Source: Myxococcota bacterium
Lineage (GTDB): Bacteria > Myxococcota_A > UBA9042 > PHBI01 > JAWLBL01
Direction of reading: 5' to 3'
NCBI GenBank assembly: GCA_041687695.1
Contig: JAWLBL010000025.1
Coordinates: 76,129-140,128 of the forward strand
DNA length: 64,000 bases
Position 1 is the stretch's first letter. Every line of letters begins with the position of its first letter. The position numbers were made by a program, and so were the translations under genes. Of this stretch, positions 34,781 through 46,185 are shown piece after piece. The notes under the pieces are model-generated. The model was not told where the DNA came from. It worked only from the letters and a program-made list of their open reading frames with translations, and made no database searches.

Positions 34781-35973
34781 GCCATTCCGACCTCGACTAC
34801 GGCCCCGTCCGCGACGCGGCCGAGGACCGGGCCCTGTACGACCTGGTCAACATCGCCTTTCGGCCCTCGGCCGCCGCCGAAGACCCCAAGGGCTGGGAGC
34901 GGTACCAGACCCGCGCCGACTCGGGGGACCTGCGCGTCGTGCGGCGCGGGGGCCAGGTCGCCGGCGGCCTGCGCGCCATCCCGATGGCCCACTTCTTCGG
35001 CGGCCGCGCGGTGCCCTGCGTCGGCCTGTCCGCCGTCACCGTCGCGCCCGAGCACCGCTCGCGGGGCCTCGCCGCCGCGATGATGCGCCGGCACGCCCTC
35101 GAGGCCCGCGCGCAGGGGGTCCCGCTCGCCTCGCTGTACCCGGCGTCCGACGCGCTCTACGGCCGCGCCGGTTACGAGCGCGCCGGCCACTACCTGCACC
35201 ACGAGGTCCGCCCCGGCGCCCTGACCGGGGCGCGCCGCGAGCTCGAGGTCCGCCGCGCGACCGAGGCCGACCAGCCGGCCATCCACGCCCTGTACGCGAC
35301 CTACGCCCGCCACCGCGACGGCCACGTCGACCGCGACGCCCGCTGGTGGCGCTTCTGGGTCGAGGGCTTCTTCCCCACGCCGCTGCGCACCTACCTCGCC
35401 CTCGCCCCGGACGGCGCCCCCGAGGGTTACGTCTCGCTGGTCCAGACCGCCACCGACGGCCACCCCTACGACGTCGTCGTCCGCGACGTCGCCGCCACCT
35501 CGGCGCGCGCCTGGCGCTCCCTCGCGGCCTTCCTCGCGGCCCACTCGACCATGGCCGGCCACGTCGTCTTCCGCGGCGGCTTCGACCACCCGCTGGTCCA
35601 GCTCACCCGCGAGCAGGACGTCACCATCACCCAGCGCCTCGACTGGATGCTGCGCGTCCTCGACGTCCCCGCCGCCCTGACCGCGCGCGGCTATCCTCCC
35701 ATCTCCGGCGCCCTCGATCTGGCCGTCACCGACGATCTCGTCGCCGACAACGCGGGCCCCTTCCGCCTGACCCTCGACGCAGGCCATCCGACGGTCACCC
35801 CGGGCGGCGACGGCCGCCTCCGCCTCGACGTCCGCGCCCTGGCCAGCCTCTACTCGGGTTATGCCTCGCCGTTCACCCTGGCCAGCTTCGGCCAGCTCGA
35901 CGGCGACCCCGAGTCCCTGGCCCTCGCCCGCGCCGTCTTCGCGGGCCAACCCTCGCTCGCCGACATGTTCTAG
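34777..35973 (+). CDS. Eis-family GNAT acetyltransferase
   Basis: VTVAPEHRSRGLA acetyl-CoA motif, ASLYPAS..LYGRAGYE, MLRVLDVPAALTARGY, LASLYSG C-terminal SCP2-like domain. Confidence 0.85.
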   Translation: MSHSDLDYGPVRDAAEDRALYDLVNIAFRPSAAAEDPKGWERYQTRADSGDLRVVRRGGQVAGGLRAIPMAHFFGGRAVPCVGLSAVTVAPEHRSRGLAAAMMRRHALEARAQGVPLASLYPASDALYGRAGYERAGHYLHHEVRPGALTGARRELEVRRATEADQPAIHALYATYARHRDGHVDRDARWWRFWVEGFFPTPLRTYLALAPDGAPEGYVSLVQTATDGHPYDVVVRDVAATSARAWRSLAAFLAAHSTMAGHVVFRGGFDHPLVQLTREQDVTITQRLDWMLRVLDVPAALTARGYPPISGALDLAVTDDLVADNAGPFRLTLDAGHPTVTPGGDGRLRLDVRALASLYSGYASPFTLASFGQLDGDPESLALARAVFAGQPSLADMF

Positions 35974-36082
35974 CGCCGCCGACCGAAACGGCCGGGCCTC
36001 TCAGCACCCGTCCGCGTGCCGGGGGGGCATTTCCAAGCGGCGCCCGCTGTGCTACCCCATTGCAAAACAGCAGGGGTTCATC

Positions 36083-37297
36083 ATGCGCATCTGCAAGCAG
36101 TGGCTTGCCGTGACGGCTTTGTGCGTCGCGGCGGTGGGTTGTGATGGGGACGACGGCCAGCCGGGCGGCAAAGACGGCGACGTCGTCGACGCCGTGGAGG
36201 AGGTCGCCGAGCAGGACGCGGCCGGCGAGGTGGACGAAGACGCGCCGCTCTCGGACGCCGGAGAGGACGCCTCGACGCCCGACGCGGCGTCGCTCGACTG
36301 CGCCGCCGATCCGGACGCCTGCCTCTATCCCAGCCAGGGCCTGGAGTTCACGGTCCGCGAGGGCTACGAGGTCGAAGATCCCGTCACCGGCCGCAGCCTG
36401 CCCATCCTCGCCCGCATCCCAAAGGGGCCCGGGCCGTTCCCGGTGGTCGTCTGGTCCCACGGCGGCGGGTTCAGCACGACGGCCCACAAGCAGAGCGTGG
36501 CCTGGGGCAGCCTGCTGGCCCGCCACGGCTATGTGGTCATCCATCTCGCCCACACGCCGCCCACGACCGACACCGGCCTCGCGGTGTGCGCCGCGGCGTC
36601 CATCCCGCAGGCCGATTGCAGCCCCGACGCCGGTGACCCGGACGACAACCCGCTCCTGGTCGTCATCCGCTCCTACGATCTGGTCGCCATCCTCGACAAG
36701 CTCCCCGCGCTGTCGAAGTGGAGCACCGACAACGGCGGGCCGGGCCTCGACCTGGACCGCGTCGCCGTCGCCGGCTGGTCGGCCGGCTCCCGCGCCCCGG
36801 TGACCCTGCTCGGCGCCGTCACCCACCCCTCGTCCAACGCCCCGCCGTTCTCGATGCCCGACGAGCGGGTCAAGGCCGCCCTCATGATGAGCCCGACCGG
36901 CCCCGGCTTCGGCGGCTTCTACGACGAAGCCGGCGAGACGAGCTGGGACGACCTGCGGGGGCCGAGCTTCTTCGCGACCGGGGTCCACGACGTCAAACCC
37001 AAAAAGCCCGAGCTCGACGGCCCCTCCCGCCGCTTCGGCTTCGATCACCAGCCCGCGAGCGGCTCGAGCTACCTCCTGTACTCGCACCTGCCGGTCGGCA
37101 CGGGCGGCCACGACACCTACAACCTCGCGGACGCCCAGTCGGACGACGCGCGCCTGGCCAACCTGACGCTCGCGCTCGGGTCGGCCGCCCTGGCGTTCCT
37201 CGACGCCTACCTGCGCGACGACGCCGCGGCGCTGGTCTGGCTGCAGTCCGACATGGCCAAGCAGCTGGCCGGTGACGTCGACTGGGAGAACCGCTGA
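36083..37297 (+). CDS. Alpha/beta hydrolase lipoprotein
   Basis: Lipobox AVGC, acidic linker, PFPVVVWSHGGG, nucleophile elbow AGWSAG, candidate Asp (GVHD) and His (GGHD). Confidence 0.75.
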   Translation: MRICKQWLAVTALCVAAVGCDGDDGQPGGKDGDVVDAVEEVAEQDAAGEVDEDAPLSDAGEDASTPDAASLDCAADPDACLYPSQGLEFTVREGYEVEDPVTGRSLPILARIPKGPGPFPVVVWSHGGGFSTTAHKQSVAWGSLLARHGYVVIHLAHTPPTTDTGLAVCAAASIPQADCSPDAGDPDDNPLLVVIRSYDLVAILDKLPALSKWSTDNGGPGLDLDRVAVAGWSAGSRAPVTLLGAVTHPSSNAPPFSMPDERVKAALMMSPTGPGFGGFYDEAGETSWDDLRGPSFFATGVHDVKPKKPELDGPSRRFGFDHQPASGSSYLLYSHLPVGTGGHDTYNLADAQSDDARLANLTLALGSAALAFLDAYLRDDAAALVWLQSDMAKQLAGDVDWENR

Positions 37298-37388
37298 GCC
37301 TTCGCCGCCCTGGGCCGGCGCTCGTCCGGCCCACATCCATCGCGTTCCGACGCCGGAGAGGCCCCCCAGGACCTCTCCGGCCGAACCC

Positions 37389-39545
37389 TCAGGCGCCCGG
37401 GAGCGGGAAGAAGCGCTCGCCGCGCTCGGCCATGTCGCGCAGCAGCTGCGGCGGCGTAAAGCGCGGGCCGTAGTCGGCGGCCAGCGCGTCGGCGCGCTCG
37501 ACCACCCACGGGGCGCCGTGGCGGTCGATCCAGGCCAGCGGGCCGCCGGACGACGGGGCGAAGCCGATGCCGAAGACGGCGCCGACCTCGGCGTCGCGGT
37601 GGCTGCGCAGGACGCCGGACTCGACGCAGCGCACCACGTCCAGCACCTGCGCCAGCATCAGCCGGTCGCGGATCAGCTCGACGCCGGTCTGCGCCGGGCG
37701 CGCGTCGGTCACGGTGGCCGCCAGGTCGCGCAGCCCCGGCCACAGCCGGCGCTCCTTGCCCTGGTAGTCGTAGAAGCCCTGGCCGGCCGCCTTGCCGATG
37801 CGGCCCTGCTCGACCATCTTGGCCAGCAGCTGCACGCCCGCCAGATCCACGGCCTCGCCGACGTACTTCTCGCGCTGCGTCAGCGCGTGGTGGCCCAGGC
37901 GCAGGGTGACCTCGTCGAAGACCTTCAGCGGCGGCACGACCATGCCGGCCGACCGCGCGGCCCACTCGACCAGCACCGGGTCGTGGCCCTCGGCGACCAG
38001 CTGCACGCCCTCCATCAGGTAGGCCGCGAACACCCGGCTGGTGTAGAAGCCGTAGCCGTCGTTCACCACGATCGGCGTCTTCTTCAGCTTCTTGGCGATG
38101 CCCAGCGCCCGCGCCAGGGTCTCGTCGCTGGTCTTGGCGCCGACGACGATCTCCAGCAGCGGCATCTGCTCGACCGGCGAGAAGAAGTGCAGGCCGATGA
38201 AGCGGTCCGGGTCGGCGCTGGCCTTCGCCAGGTGCGTAATCGGGATGGCCGAGGTGTTCGAGGCGAAGATGGCCTTGTCGGTCAGCAGCGGCTCGACCTC
38301 GCGGGTCACCTTGGCCTTGACGGCGTCGTCCTCGAGCACGGCCTCGATGACGAGATCGGTCCCCGCCAGATCCGCCGTGTCCAGCGTGTAGCGGATGCGC
38401 CCGACGACGGCCGCGCGCTCCTCGGCGCTCAGGTGCTTCAAGCGCTTGCCGGCCTCGGCCTCGACGTGGGCCTTGGCCGCGTCCAGCGCCTCCTGCTCGA
38501 TGTCCTTGAGCGCGACCTCCCAGCCGGCCTGCGCGCACAGAAAGCCCAGCCCCGCGCCCATCATGCCGGCGCCCAGGATGGCGACCCGCTGCACGCCGGG
38601 GTCGGCGACCTCGTAGCCCTCGGCCCGCTCGGCGGCGGTCCGGTGGAACCACATGGTGCGGATCATGTCCTTGGCCTGCGGCGAGACGGCCAGCTTCACG
38701 AAGTAGCGCGTCTCGACCTCGAGCGCCCGGTCGAAGGTCACCGCCGCGCCGTCCTGCACGGCCGCGATGACCGCCTCGGGCGCCTGCATGGTCCCCGCGG
38801 TCTTCTTGGTCAGCATGGCGCAGGCGACCATGAACATGGCGCGCCCGTCTTCGCTGTCGGGCCGCGGCCCGGGCCACCGGAAGCCCTTGACGTCCCAGGG
38901 CTGCCTGGCCTTGGGGTTGGCGGCGATCCAGGCCTCGGCCTGCTTGCGCAGCGAGGCCGCGTCGGGCGCCAGCTCGTCGACCAGCTTCATGCCCAGCGCC
39001 TTGGGCGCCCGGACGATCTTGCCCTGGCCGATGAGCTCGAGCGCCGCCTGGATCCCGACCAGACGCGGCAGCCGCTGCGTGCCGCCCGCGCCGGGGATGA
39101 CCCCCAGCCCCACCTCGGGCAGGCCCACCTGCACCCGCGCGTCGTCCAGCGCGATGCGTCGGTGGCAGGCCAGGGCCAGCTCGTAGCCGCCGCCCAGCGC
39201 CGACCCCGTCAGCGCGGCCACGACCGGCACGCCCATGGTCTCGATCTGGCGGAACAGGCGGTTGAGGCCCTGCACCAGCGCGAGCATCTGCTCGGGCGTG
39301 GTCATCCCGTACAGCATGTCGATGTCGGCGCCGACGCAGAAGTCCTTGTGGGCCGAGGCGATGATGACGCCCTCGAGCCCCTCGCGCGTGCGCGCCCACT
39401 CGACGGCGGCGCTCAGGCCCTCGCCGAAGGCGGCGTTGATCTTGTTCGCGCGCCCCTCCATCGTCAGGGTCAGCGTCGCGATGCCCGTGTCCGCGTCGAA
39501 CTGCATCTCGACGGCGGCGTTGCGGTCCGTCTGGCTCGTCGTCAT
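37389..39545 (-). CDS. fadB: Fatty-acid beta-oxidation multifunctional subunit alpha (enoyl-CoA hydratase/3-hydroxyacyl-CoA dehydrogenase)
   Basis: ALGGGYELAL, GLPEVGLGVIPGAGGTQRL, ILGAGMMG, ASNTS, GLHFFSPV. Confidence 0.92.
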   Translation of the reverse strand: MTTSQTDRNAAVEMQFDADTGIATLTLTMEGRANKINAAFGEGLSAAVEWARTREGLEGVIIASAHKDFCVGADIDMLYGMTTPEQMLALVQGLNRLFRQIETMGVPVVAALTGSALGGGYELALACHRRIALDDARVQVGLPEVGLGVIPGAGGTQRLPRLVGIQAALELIGQGKIVRAPKALGMKLVDELAPDAASLRKQAEAWIAANPKARQPWDVKGFRWPGPRPDSEDGRAMFMVACAMLTKKTAGTMQAPEAVIAAVQDGAAVTFDRALEVETRYFVKLAVSPQAKDMIRTMWFHRTAAERAEGYEVADPGVQRVAILGAGMMGAGLGFLCAQAGWEVALKDIEQEALDAAKAHVEAEAGKRLKHLSAEERAAVVGRIRYTLDTADLAGTDLVIEAVLEDDAVKAKVTREVEPLLTDKAIFASNTSAIPITHLAKASADPDRFIGLHFFSPVEQMPLLEIVVGAKTSDETLARALGIAKKLKKTPIVVNDGYGFYTSRVFAAYLMEGVQLVAEGHDPVLVEWAARSAGMVVPPLKVFDEVTLRLGHHALTQREKYVGEAVDLAGVQLLAKMVEQGRIGKAAGQGFYDYQGKERRLWPGLRDLAATVTDARPAQTGVELIRDRLMLAQVLDVVRCVESGVLRSHRDAEVGAVFGIGFAPSSGGPLAWIDRHGAPWVVERADALAADYGPRFTPPQLLRDMAERGERFFPLPGA

Positions 39546-39547
39546 CG

Positions 39548-40753
<1,206 letters not shown>

Positions 40754-40975
40754 GGTCGGTCTCCTGACTGGCGGTCCCAGCGATGGCTACAGGGGCGCGG
40801 ATCCTGTCGCGGGACGGGGCCTGATGTCAAAGGCGAGGCGCGGGTCGGCGGGGCAGGGTGGGGCCGCCCTGGCGCGTCTGTGGCCAGGCCCCGGCGGGTG
40901 CCGCGCGCCCGAGTGCCGTTGCCAAGCCGGCGCGCCTTTGTTAACGGGTCCGCTCCCTTGTCGATCGAGGCCGTG

Positions 40976-42709
40976 ATGCCCCCACCTCCCGCTGGCCCGA
41001 GCCAGGCCCCCTATCGCGAGTTCACGCTCGCCGCGCTCATCCTCGGCGTCATCCTCGGCGCCGCCATGACCGCCGCGTTCGTCTACATCTCGCTCAAGCT
41101 CGGCTTCGGCCTGTCGGGCTCGTCGGTCGCCGCCATCGTGGGCTTCGCCGTGCTCCGCGGCGTGCTGCGGCGCGGCACCATCGTCGAGAACAACATCAAC
41201 CAGACCGTCGCCTCGGGCGTGAACACCGCCTCGAGCGGCGTCGCCTTCACCTTGCCCGCCCTGTTCTTGATGGCGGCCAACGATCCCGAGCTGGCCGGCT
41301 TCAGCGCCGCCCCCTTCGTCCTCGCCGCGACCGCCGGCTCCTTCCTCGGCATCATCGTCATCCTCCCCCTGCGCAAGCAGATGATCGAGTTCGAGCGGCT
41401 CCGCTTCCCGTCGGGCATCGCCGTCGCCTCGCTGCTCCGCTCGCCCGGCGCCGGCGTCCGCCAGGCCAAGCTCCTGGCCGTCGGCCTCGTCATCGCCGCC
41501 CTGCACACCTTCATGGCCGACGCCGAGCGCGGCTGGCTCCCCGACGAGGTCGACTTCGGCGGCCTGTTCGACGCGCCGCCCTGGTTCCCCCTCGCCATCT
41601 CCATCAGCTTCGCCAACTTCGGCGCCGGCCTGCTCTCCGGCCGCGGCGGGCTCCCCTTCGTCGCCGGCGGCGTCCTGGCCTGGTGGATCATCAGCCCCTT
41701 CGCCATGACCAGCGGCTGGGTCCCCGACCCCGGCGCCCCCGGCCAGGAGGGCTGGCAGACCGGCTACCTGTTCTTCAACCTCCTGCGGCCCGTCGGCATC
41801 GGCCTGCTCATCGGCGGCGCGCTCATGGGCGTCATCGTCGCCCTGCCGGCCATCAAGAGCGCCATCAAGGGCCTGTCGGCCACCGTGCAGGCCCGCGGCG
41901 CCGCGACCGTCGGCCCCGCCCAGGAGCTCGGGACCCGCGTCATGACGGTCGGCCTCGGCGCCGCCGTGCTGGTCCTGTTCGGCGCCGCCATGATCGCGAC
42001 CGATCAGATCACCGTGATGGAGGCGGTCTGGATCGCCGTCGTGGGCACCATCTGGCTGGCCCTCGCCGGCCTGGTCGTCGCCCAGGCGACCGGCCTCACC
42101 GACATCTCGCCCCTGTCCGGCATGGCCCTCATCGCCGTGACGCTGATGTACTTCCTGACGCAGGGGAACATCGTCGCCTCCATCATGCTGGGCGTCGCCG
42201 TCTGCATCGGCATCGGCCAGTGCGCCGACATGATGACCGACCTCAAGACCGGCCACCTCGTCGGCTCGACGCCGCGCAAGCAGCAGCTGGCCCAGATGAC
42301 CGTCGCCTGGGTGGGCGCGCCCGTGGCCATCGGCGCCGTCTACCTCTTCTGGGAGAGCCCCGGCTTCGGCCCCGGCACCCAGCTCGGCGCCCCCCAGGCC
42401 GCGACCCTGCAGGCCATCATCGAGGGCGTCAGCGCCGGCAACGTCCCCCTCGACAAGTACGCGGCGGGCATCGGGCTCGGCAGCGCGCTCGGCCTCTTCC
42501 CCATCGGCGGCGTCGGCGTGCTGGTCGGCCTCGCGATGTACCTGCCGTTCTCCATCACGCTCGGCTACGGCGTCGGCTGCCTGACCTCGATGGGGCTGCA
42601 GCGCTGGCTGGGTCGTGCCTGGATCGGCAGCACCCTGGTCCCGATCTCGGCCGGCTTCATCGTCGGCGAGGCGCTGGTCAGCCTGGCCAACGCCCTGTCC
42701 AAGCTCTGA
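40976..42709 (+). CDS. OPT-family oligopeptide transporter
   Basis: YISLKLG, ENNINQTVAS, LRFPSGIAVA, DMMTDLKTGHLVGSTPRKQQ, APQAATL; many TM segments. Confidence 0.9.
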   Translation: MPPPPAGPSQAPYREFTLAALILGVILGAAMTAAFVYISLKLGFGLSGSSVAAIVGFAVLRGVLRRGTIVENNINQTVASGVNTASSGVAFTLPALFLMAANDPELAGFSAAPFVLAATAGSFLGIIVILPLRKQMIEFERLRFPSGIAVASLLRSPGAGVRQAKLLAVGLVIAALHTFMADAERGWLPDEVDFGGLFDAPPWFPLAISISFANFGAGLLSGRGGLPFVAGGVLAWWIISPFAMTSGWVPDPGAPGQEGWQTGYLFFNLLRPVGIGLLIGGALMGVIVALPAIKSAIKGLSATVQARGAATVGPAQELGTRVMTVGLGAAVLVLFGAAMIATDQITVMEAVWIAVVGTIWLALAGLVVAQATGLTDISPLSGMALIAVTLMYFLTQGNIVASIMLGVAVCIGIGQCADMMTDLKTGHLVGSTPRKQQLAQMTVAWVGAPVAIGAVYLFWESPGFGPGTQLGAPQAATLQAIIEGVSAGNVPLDKYAAGIGLGSALGLFPIGGVGVLVGLAMYLPFSITLGYGVGCLTSMGLQRWLGRAWIGSTLVPISAGFIVGEALVSLANALSKL

Positions 42710-42719
42710 GAGGCCCGCC

Positions 42720-43661
42720 ATGCTGATGCGTTGGATCGGACTCGCGCTCGTCATCGCCGGCACGGCGGTCGCCGCCATCGCCGCCGCCCGCCCGCCCGCC
42801 GGCCTCATCGAGGAGGGGCGCGTCATCCGGCGCGTCGATCTCCTCGGCGAGGCCGCGAAGGCCGCCCGCGACGAGTACTGCGCCGCGTTGACCGAGGCGG
42901 GCCTCAGCGCCCCCGACGCCTGCCCGCCGCCGGACGCCCCGACGGGACAGCGCCCCGAGGGCGAGCCCCCGCCGACCCCGGCCGAGCAGCTGGCCGCCGA
43001 CCGCGACCGCATCGCGCGGCTGCGGCAGGTCCCGCCCGCCGGCCCGGCCCCGCTGCAGACCAAGCGCGAGGCCTGGCTCACGGCCGAGGCGACCAGCATC
43101 GAGGCCCGCGGCGAGGCCGTCACCGTCCAGACCCTGCAGCCGTCCGAGCGCCTGACCAGCTGGCTCGGCCTCGCCGGGCTCCCCTACGCCGCCGGCCTCG
43201 TCCTCATCGTGCTGGGCGCCCTGCTCAGCCGCCGCGCCCAGGCCGCCGCTTCCCGCGGCGACGCGGGGCCGTCGCGCAAGGGGGCGGCCCCGCTCGACTT
43301 CGGCGTGGCCCTGCGCGAGATCACCGAGACCGTCGCCGCCATGGCCGCCGAGGCCGAGGCCCAGGCCGCGCCCACCCAGGCCGACTTCGACGCGCTCAAG
43401 GCGCGCCTCGACGCGCTCACCCTGTCGCACATCGAGCCCGTCGTCGAAGCGCGCGACCGCCTCAAGGCCCGCTACGGCGTGGCGGGCTTCGCGGCCGTGT
43501 TCGGGCCGCTGTCGGCGGGCGAGCGCAACGTCAACCGCGCCTGGTCGGCCCTGGTCGACCAGCACTGGCCCGAGGCGACCGCCTCGCTGGGCACGGCCGC
43601 CGCCTACTTCGGCGAGGCGCGGCGCGAGCTGGACGAGCTGATCAGCGCCAAGCCGACCTGA
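42720..43661 (+). CDS. Hypothetical membrane protein, probably co-transcribed with the OPT transporter
   Basis: Two hydrophobic segments, helical C-terminus (GERNVNRAWSALVD); starts 10 nt after the OPT stop. Confidence 0.6.
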   Translation: MLMRWIGLALVIAGTAVAAIAAARPPAGLIEEGRVIRRVDLLGEAAKAARDEYCAALTEAGLSAPDACPPPDAPTGQRPEGEPPPTPAEQLAADRDRIARLRQVPPAGPAPLQTKREAWLTAEATSIEARGEAVTVQTLQPSERLTSWLGLAGLPYAAGLVLIVLGALLSRRAQAAASRGDAGPSRKGAAPLDFGVALREITETVAAMAAEAEAQAAPTQADFDALKARLDALTLSHIEPVVEARDRLKARYGVAGFAAVFGPLSAGERNVNRAWSALVDQHWPEATASLGTAAAYFGEARRELDELISAKPT

Positions 43662-43725
43662 ACCGTCGGCCCGAGCCGTGGGCACGGCGCCCTTGAAGGG
43701 GCCGACCACCCGCGGCGCGCGCGGC

Positions 43726-46125
43726 TCAGGTGCTCGGGTCGTCGCTGCCCAGCTGGGCGACGGCGGTCCGCAGCTCGACCAGGTAGGCGCGCCCGCGCTC
43801 GACCATCTCGCGGCCGATCTCGAGCGACCGGCGCAGCTCGTTGAGGGTCCGGTCGACGCCCTTGGCCGACTTCGGCGGCAGGCGCGAGGTCGTCTGCAGC
43901 AGCTCGAGCGCCTGCCGCCCGACGCCGATCTCGATCTTCCCCCACTCCTTGACGTCGAGCTCGGCCTCCTCGACCGCCTGCTCCATCGCCTGCAGCAGGA
44001 TGCGCAGCTGGTTGCGCAGCGCGGGCGTGGACTCGTCCGGCAGCGGCGTCGCCGACGCCGGCGGCCCCCCGCCAAGGGCGATGGCCCCGCCCCCGGAAGC
44101 CGCCGCGCCGCCGGCCGTCGCCTCCGACAGCTGGTCGCGCAGCTTGTAGACGTCGGCCTGCAGCGCATCGATCTCCCACTGCAGCTCGTCGCGCGCCGCC
44201 TCGCCCTCCCGCCGCTCGGCCTCCAGCCGCGCCTCGGCGGCCGTCCGCGCCGTCTGCGCCTCGTCCAGCGCCCGCTCGAGCTCGGCCACCTGGGTCCTCA
44301 GCCGGGGCGCCTCGTCGCCCGGAGCCGCCTCCGACGCCGCCTCGGCCTGCTCGCGCAGCTGCATCACCTCGACCTCGAGCTCGCCCAGCTCCCGCGACAG
44401 CCGCAGCCCGGCCTCTTCGGCCTCGCGCCGCGCGGTCACGGCGGCCTTCCACGCCGCCTCGACCGTGCCCTTGTCCTGGGCCGCCTGGTCGCGCGCCGCC
44501 TCGGCCTCTCGCAGCGCGGCCTCGGCCTCTCGCAGCGCCGCCTCGCTCTGTCGCAGGGCCACCTCGCTCTGTCGCAGGGCCGCCTCGGCCGCCTCCTTGT
44601 CCGCGGCTGCCTGCGCCCGCGCCGCTTCGGCCCCCTCGAGGGCCCCCTCGGCCGCGCCCTTGTCCAGCAAGGCCTGGTCGCGCGCCGCCTCGGCCTCCTT
44701 CAGGGCCCCCTCGGCCGCGCCCTTGTCCAGCAAGGCCTGGTCGCGCGCGGCCTCGGCGGCCATCAGCGCGTCGCGCATGCTCTGCAAGGCCTCCTGCGAA
44801 GCGTCGATCGCGCGCTCGAGGTCCTCGACCCGATCCGACCCGTTCGCGCGCGCCTCCTCGAGCGCCAGCGTCAGCTCGGTCGTCCGCGCCCGCGCCCGCT
44901 CGATGGCCTTGGTGGCGATGGCCCCCTGCTGCTCCAGCTCCTCGGTCAGCCGCGCCACCTCGGCCCGCGCCGTCTCCAGCGCGTCCTCGAGCCCCTCACG
45001 CGCCCCCTCGGCCTCGGCCGCCGCGCGCGCCAGCCCGTCGTGCAGCCCCCGCAACGTCGCCAGCTCGTCTGCCGCCTCGTCGCGCTCCGACCGCGCCTGC
45101 TGCAGCGCCGCCGTCAGCGCCGCCCGCTCGTCCTCGAGCGCCTCGAGCACCACGCCGTGGCCGGCCTGCTCCGTCTGGTGCCGGTGCAACGCCGCCTCGG
45201 CCTCGGCCAGCGCCGCGCGCAGCGCCTCCATCTCCGCCGCCGTCCCCGCGAGCGCCGCCTCCGCCGCGTCGCGCGCCTCGGTCAGCGCCGCCCGCTCCGC
45301 CTCGAAGGCCGCGCTCGCCGCCGCGATCCCCTCGCGCTCGGCGACCAGGGCGTCCCGCTCGGCCACCGCGGCGTCCCGCTCGCTCACCGCGACGTCCCGC
45401 TGCGCCGCCGCCAGGTCCCGCTCGACCGCCACGGCGTCCCGATCGATCCCCAGCCGATCCCGCTCGGCCATCAGCCCGTCGCGCTCGCGCTCGGCCGCCT
45501 CCCGCGCCTCGGTCAGCGCCGCGAGCTGCACCTCGAGCGCCCGCGCCTGCTCCTGCGCCGCCGCGAGGCTCGCCTCGAGCCGCTCTCGCTCCTCCATCTG
45601 CTCGTGCAGCCGCGTCTCGAGCGCCGCGACCGACTGGTGCAGCGTCCCCAGCGCCCGCTCCTGCTCAGTCCGGACCTCGGCGTTCTCGGCCTCGGCCAGG
45701 GTCAACCGCCGCGCCAGCTGCGCCGCCGACTTCTCGGCCAGCTCGGCCCGCGCCTCCGCCGCCTGCGCCAGGCTCACCACCTGCCCGGCCGCGTCCAGGT
45801 ACTGCTGCAGCGCCGACAGCGTGAAGCCGGGCAGCGGCGGCGCCGCCGGCCGCGTCCCGTCATCGACGACCACCACGTCGGGATCGTCCAGCACGATCTC
45901 GTGGTCGGCCACCGAGGCCGGGTCCGTCAACGCCGCCCTGGCCGCCAGCAGCTGCTCGCGCGTCTTCAGGACCAGCGCGAGCGGGCTCGCCCCCCACTCG
46001 GCCGTGACCTCGTTCTCCTCGTCGAAGCCCGGATCGCTGCACTCGTCGGGCTGCGGCGCCGCCAAAGTGGCTTCGTCCACCAGCGGTAGATCGGTCTCCG
46101 TCGTCGCCCCGACTTCTCCAGACAT
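43726..46125 (-). CDS. Long coiled-coil protein with acidic N-terminus
   Basis: Extended Ala/Glu/Arg heptad pattern over most of the length; internal 63-bp duplication (44641/44704) and 21-bp repeats (~44495-44590). Confidence 0.7.
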   Translation of the reverse strand: MSGEVGATTETDLPLVDEATLAAPQPDECSDPGFDEENEVTAEWGASPLALVLKTREQLLAARAALTDPASVADHEIVLDDPDVVVVDDGTRPAAPPLPGFTLSALQQYLDAAGQVVSLAQAAEARAELAEKSAAQLARRLTLAEAENAEVRTEQERALGTLHQSVAALETRLHEQMEERERLEASLAAAQEQARALEVQLAALTEAREAAERERDGLMAERDRLGIDRDAVAVERDLAAAQRDVAVSERDAAVAERDALVAEREGIAAASAAFEAERAALTEARDAAEAALAGTAAEMEALRAALAEAEAALHRHQTEQAGHGVVLEALEDERAALTAALQQARSERDEAADELATLRGLHDGLARAAAEAEGAREGLEDALETARAEVARLTEELEQQGAIATKAIERARARTTELTLALEEARANGSDRVEDLERAIDASQEALQSMRDALMAAEAARDQALLDKGAAEGALKEAEAARDQALLDKGAAEGALEGAEAARAQAAADKEAAEAALRQSEVALRQSEAALREAEAALREAEAARDQAAQDKGTVEAAWKAAVTARREAEEAGLRLSRELGELEVEVMQLREQAEAASEAAPGDEAPRLRTQVAELERALDEAQTARTAAEARLEAERREGEAARDELQWEIDALQADVYKLRDQLSEATAGGAAASGGGAIALGGGPPASATPLPDESTPALRNQLRILLQAMEQAVEEAELDVKEWGKIEIGVGRQALELLQTTSRLPPKSAKGVDRTLNELRRSLEIGREMVERGRAYLVELRTAVAQLGSDDPST

Positions 46126-46185
46126 CCGCCGCCTGCTCTCCGTCTCGGTCCCCACGTCGCGCGCCCCCAGGCAAATGATCGGGCC

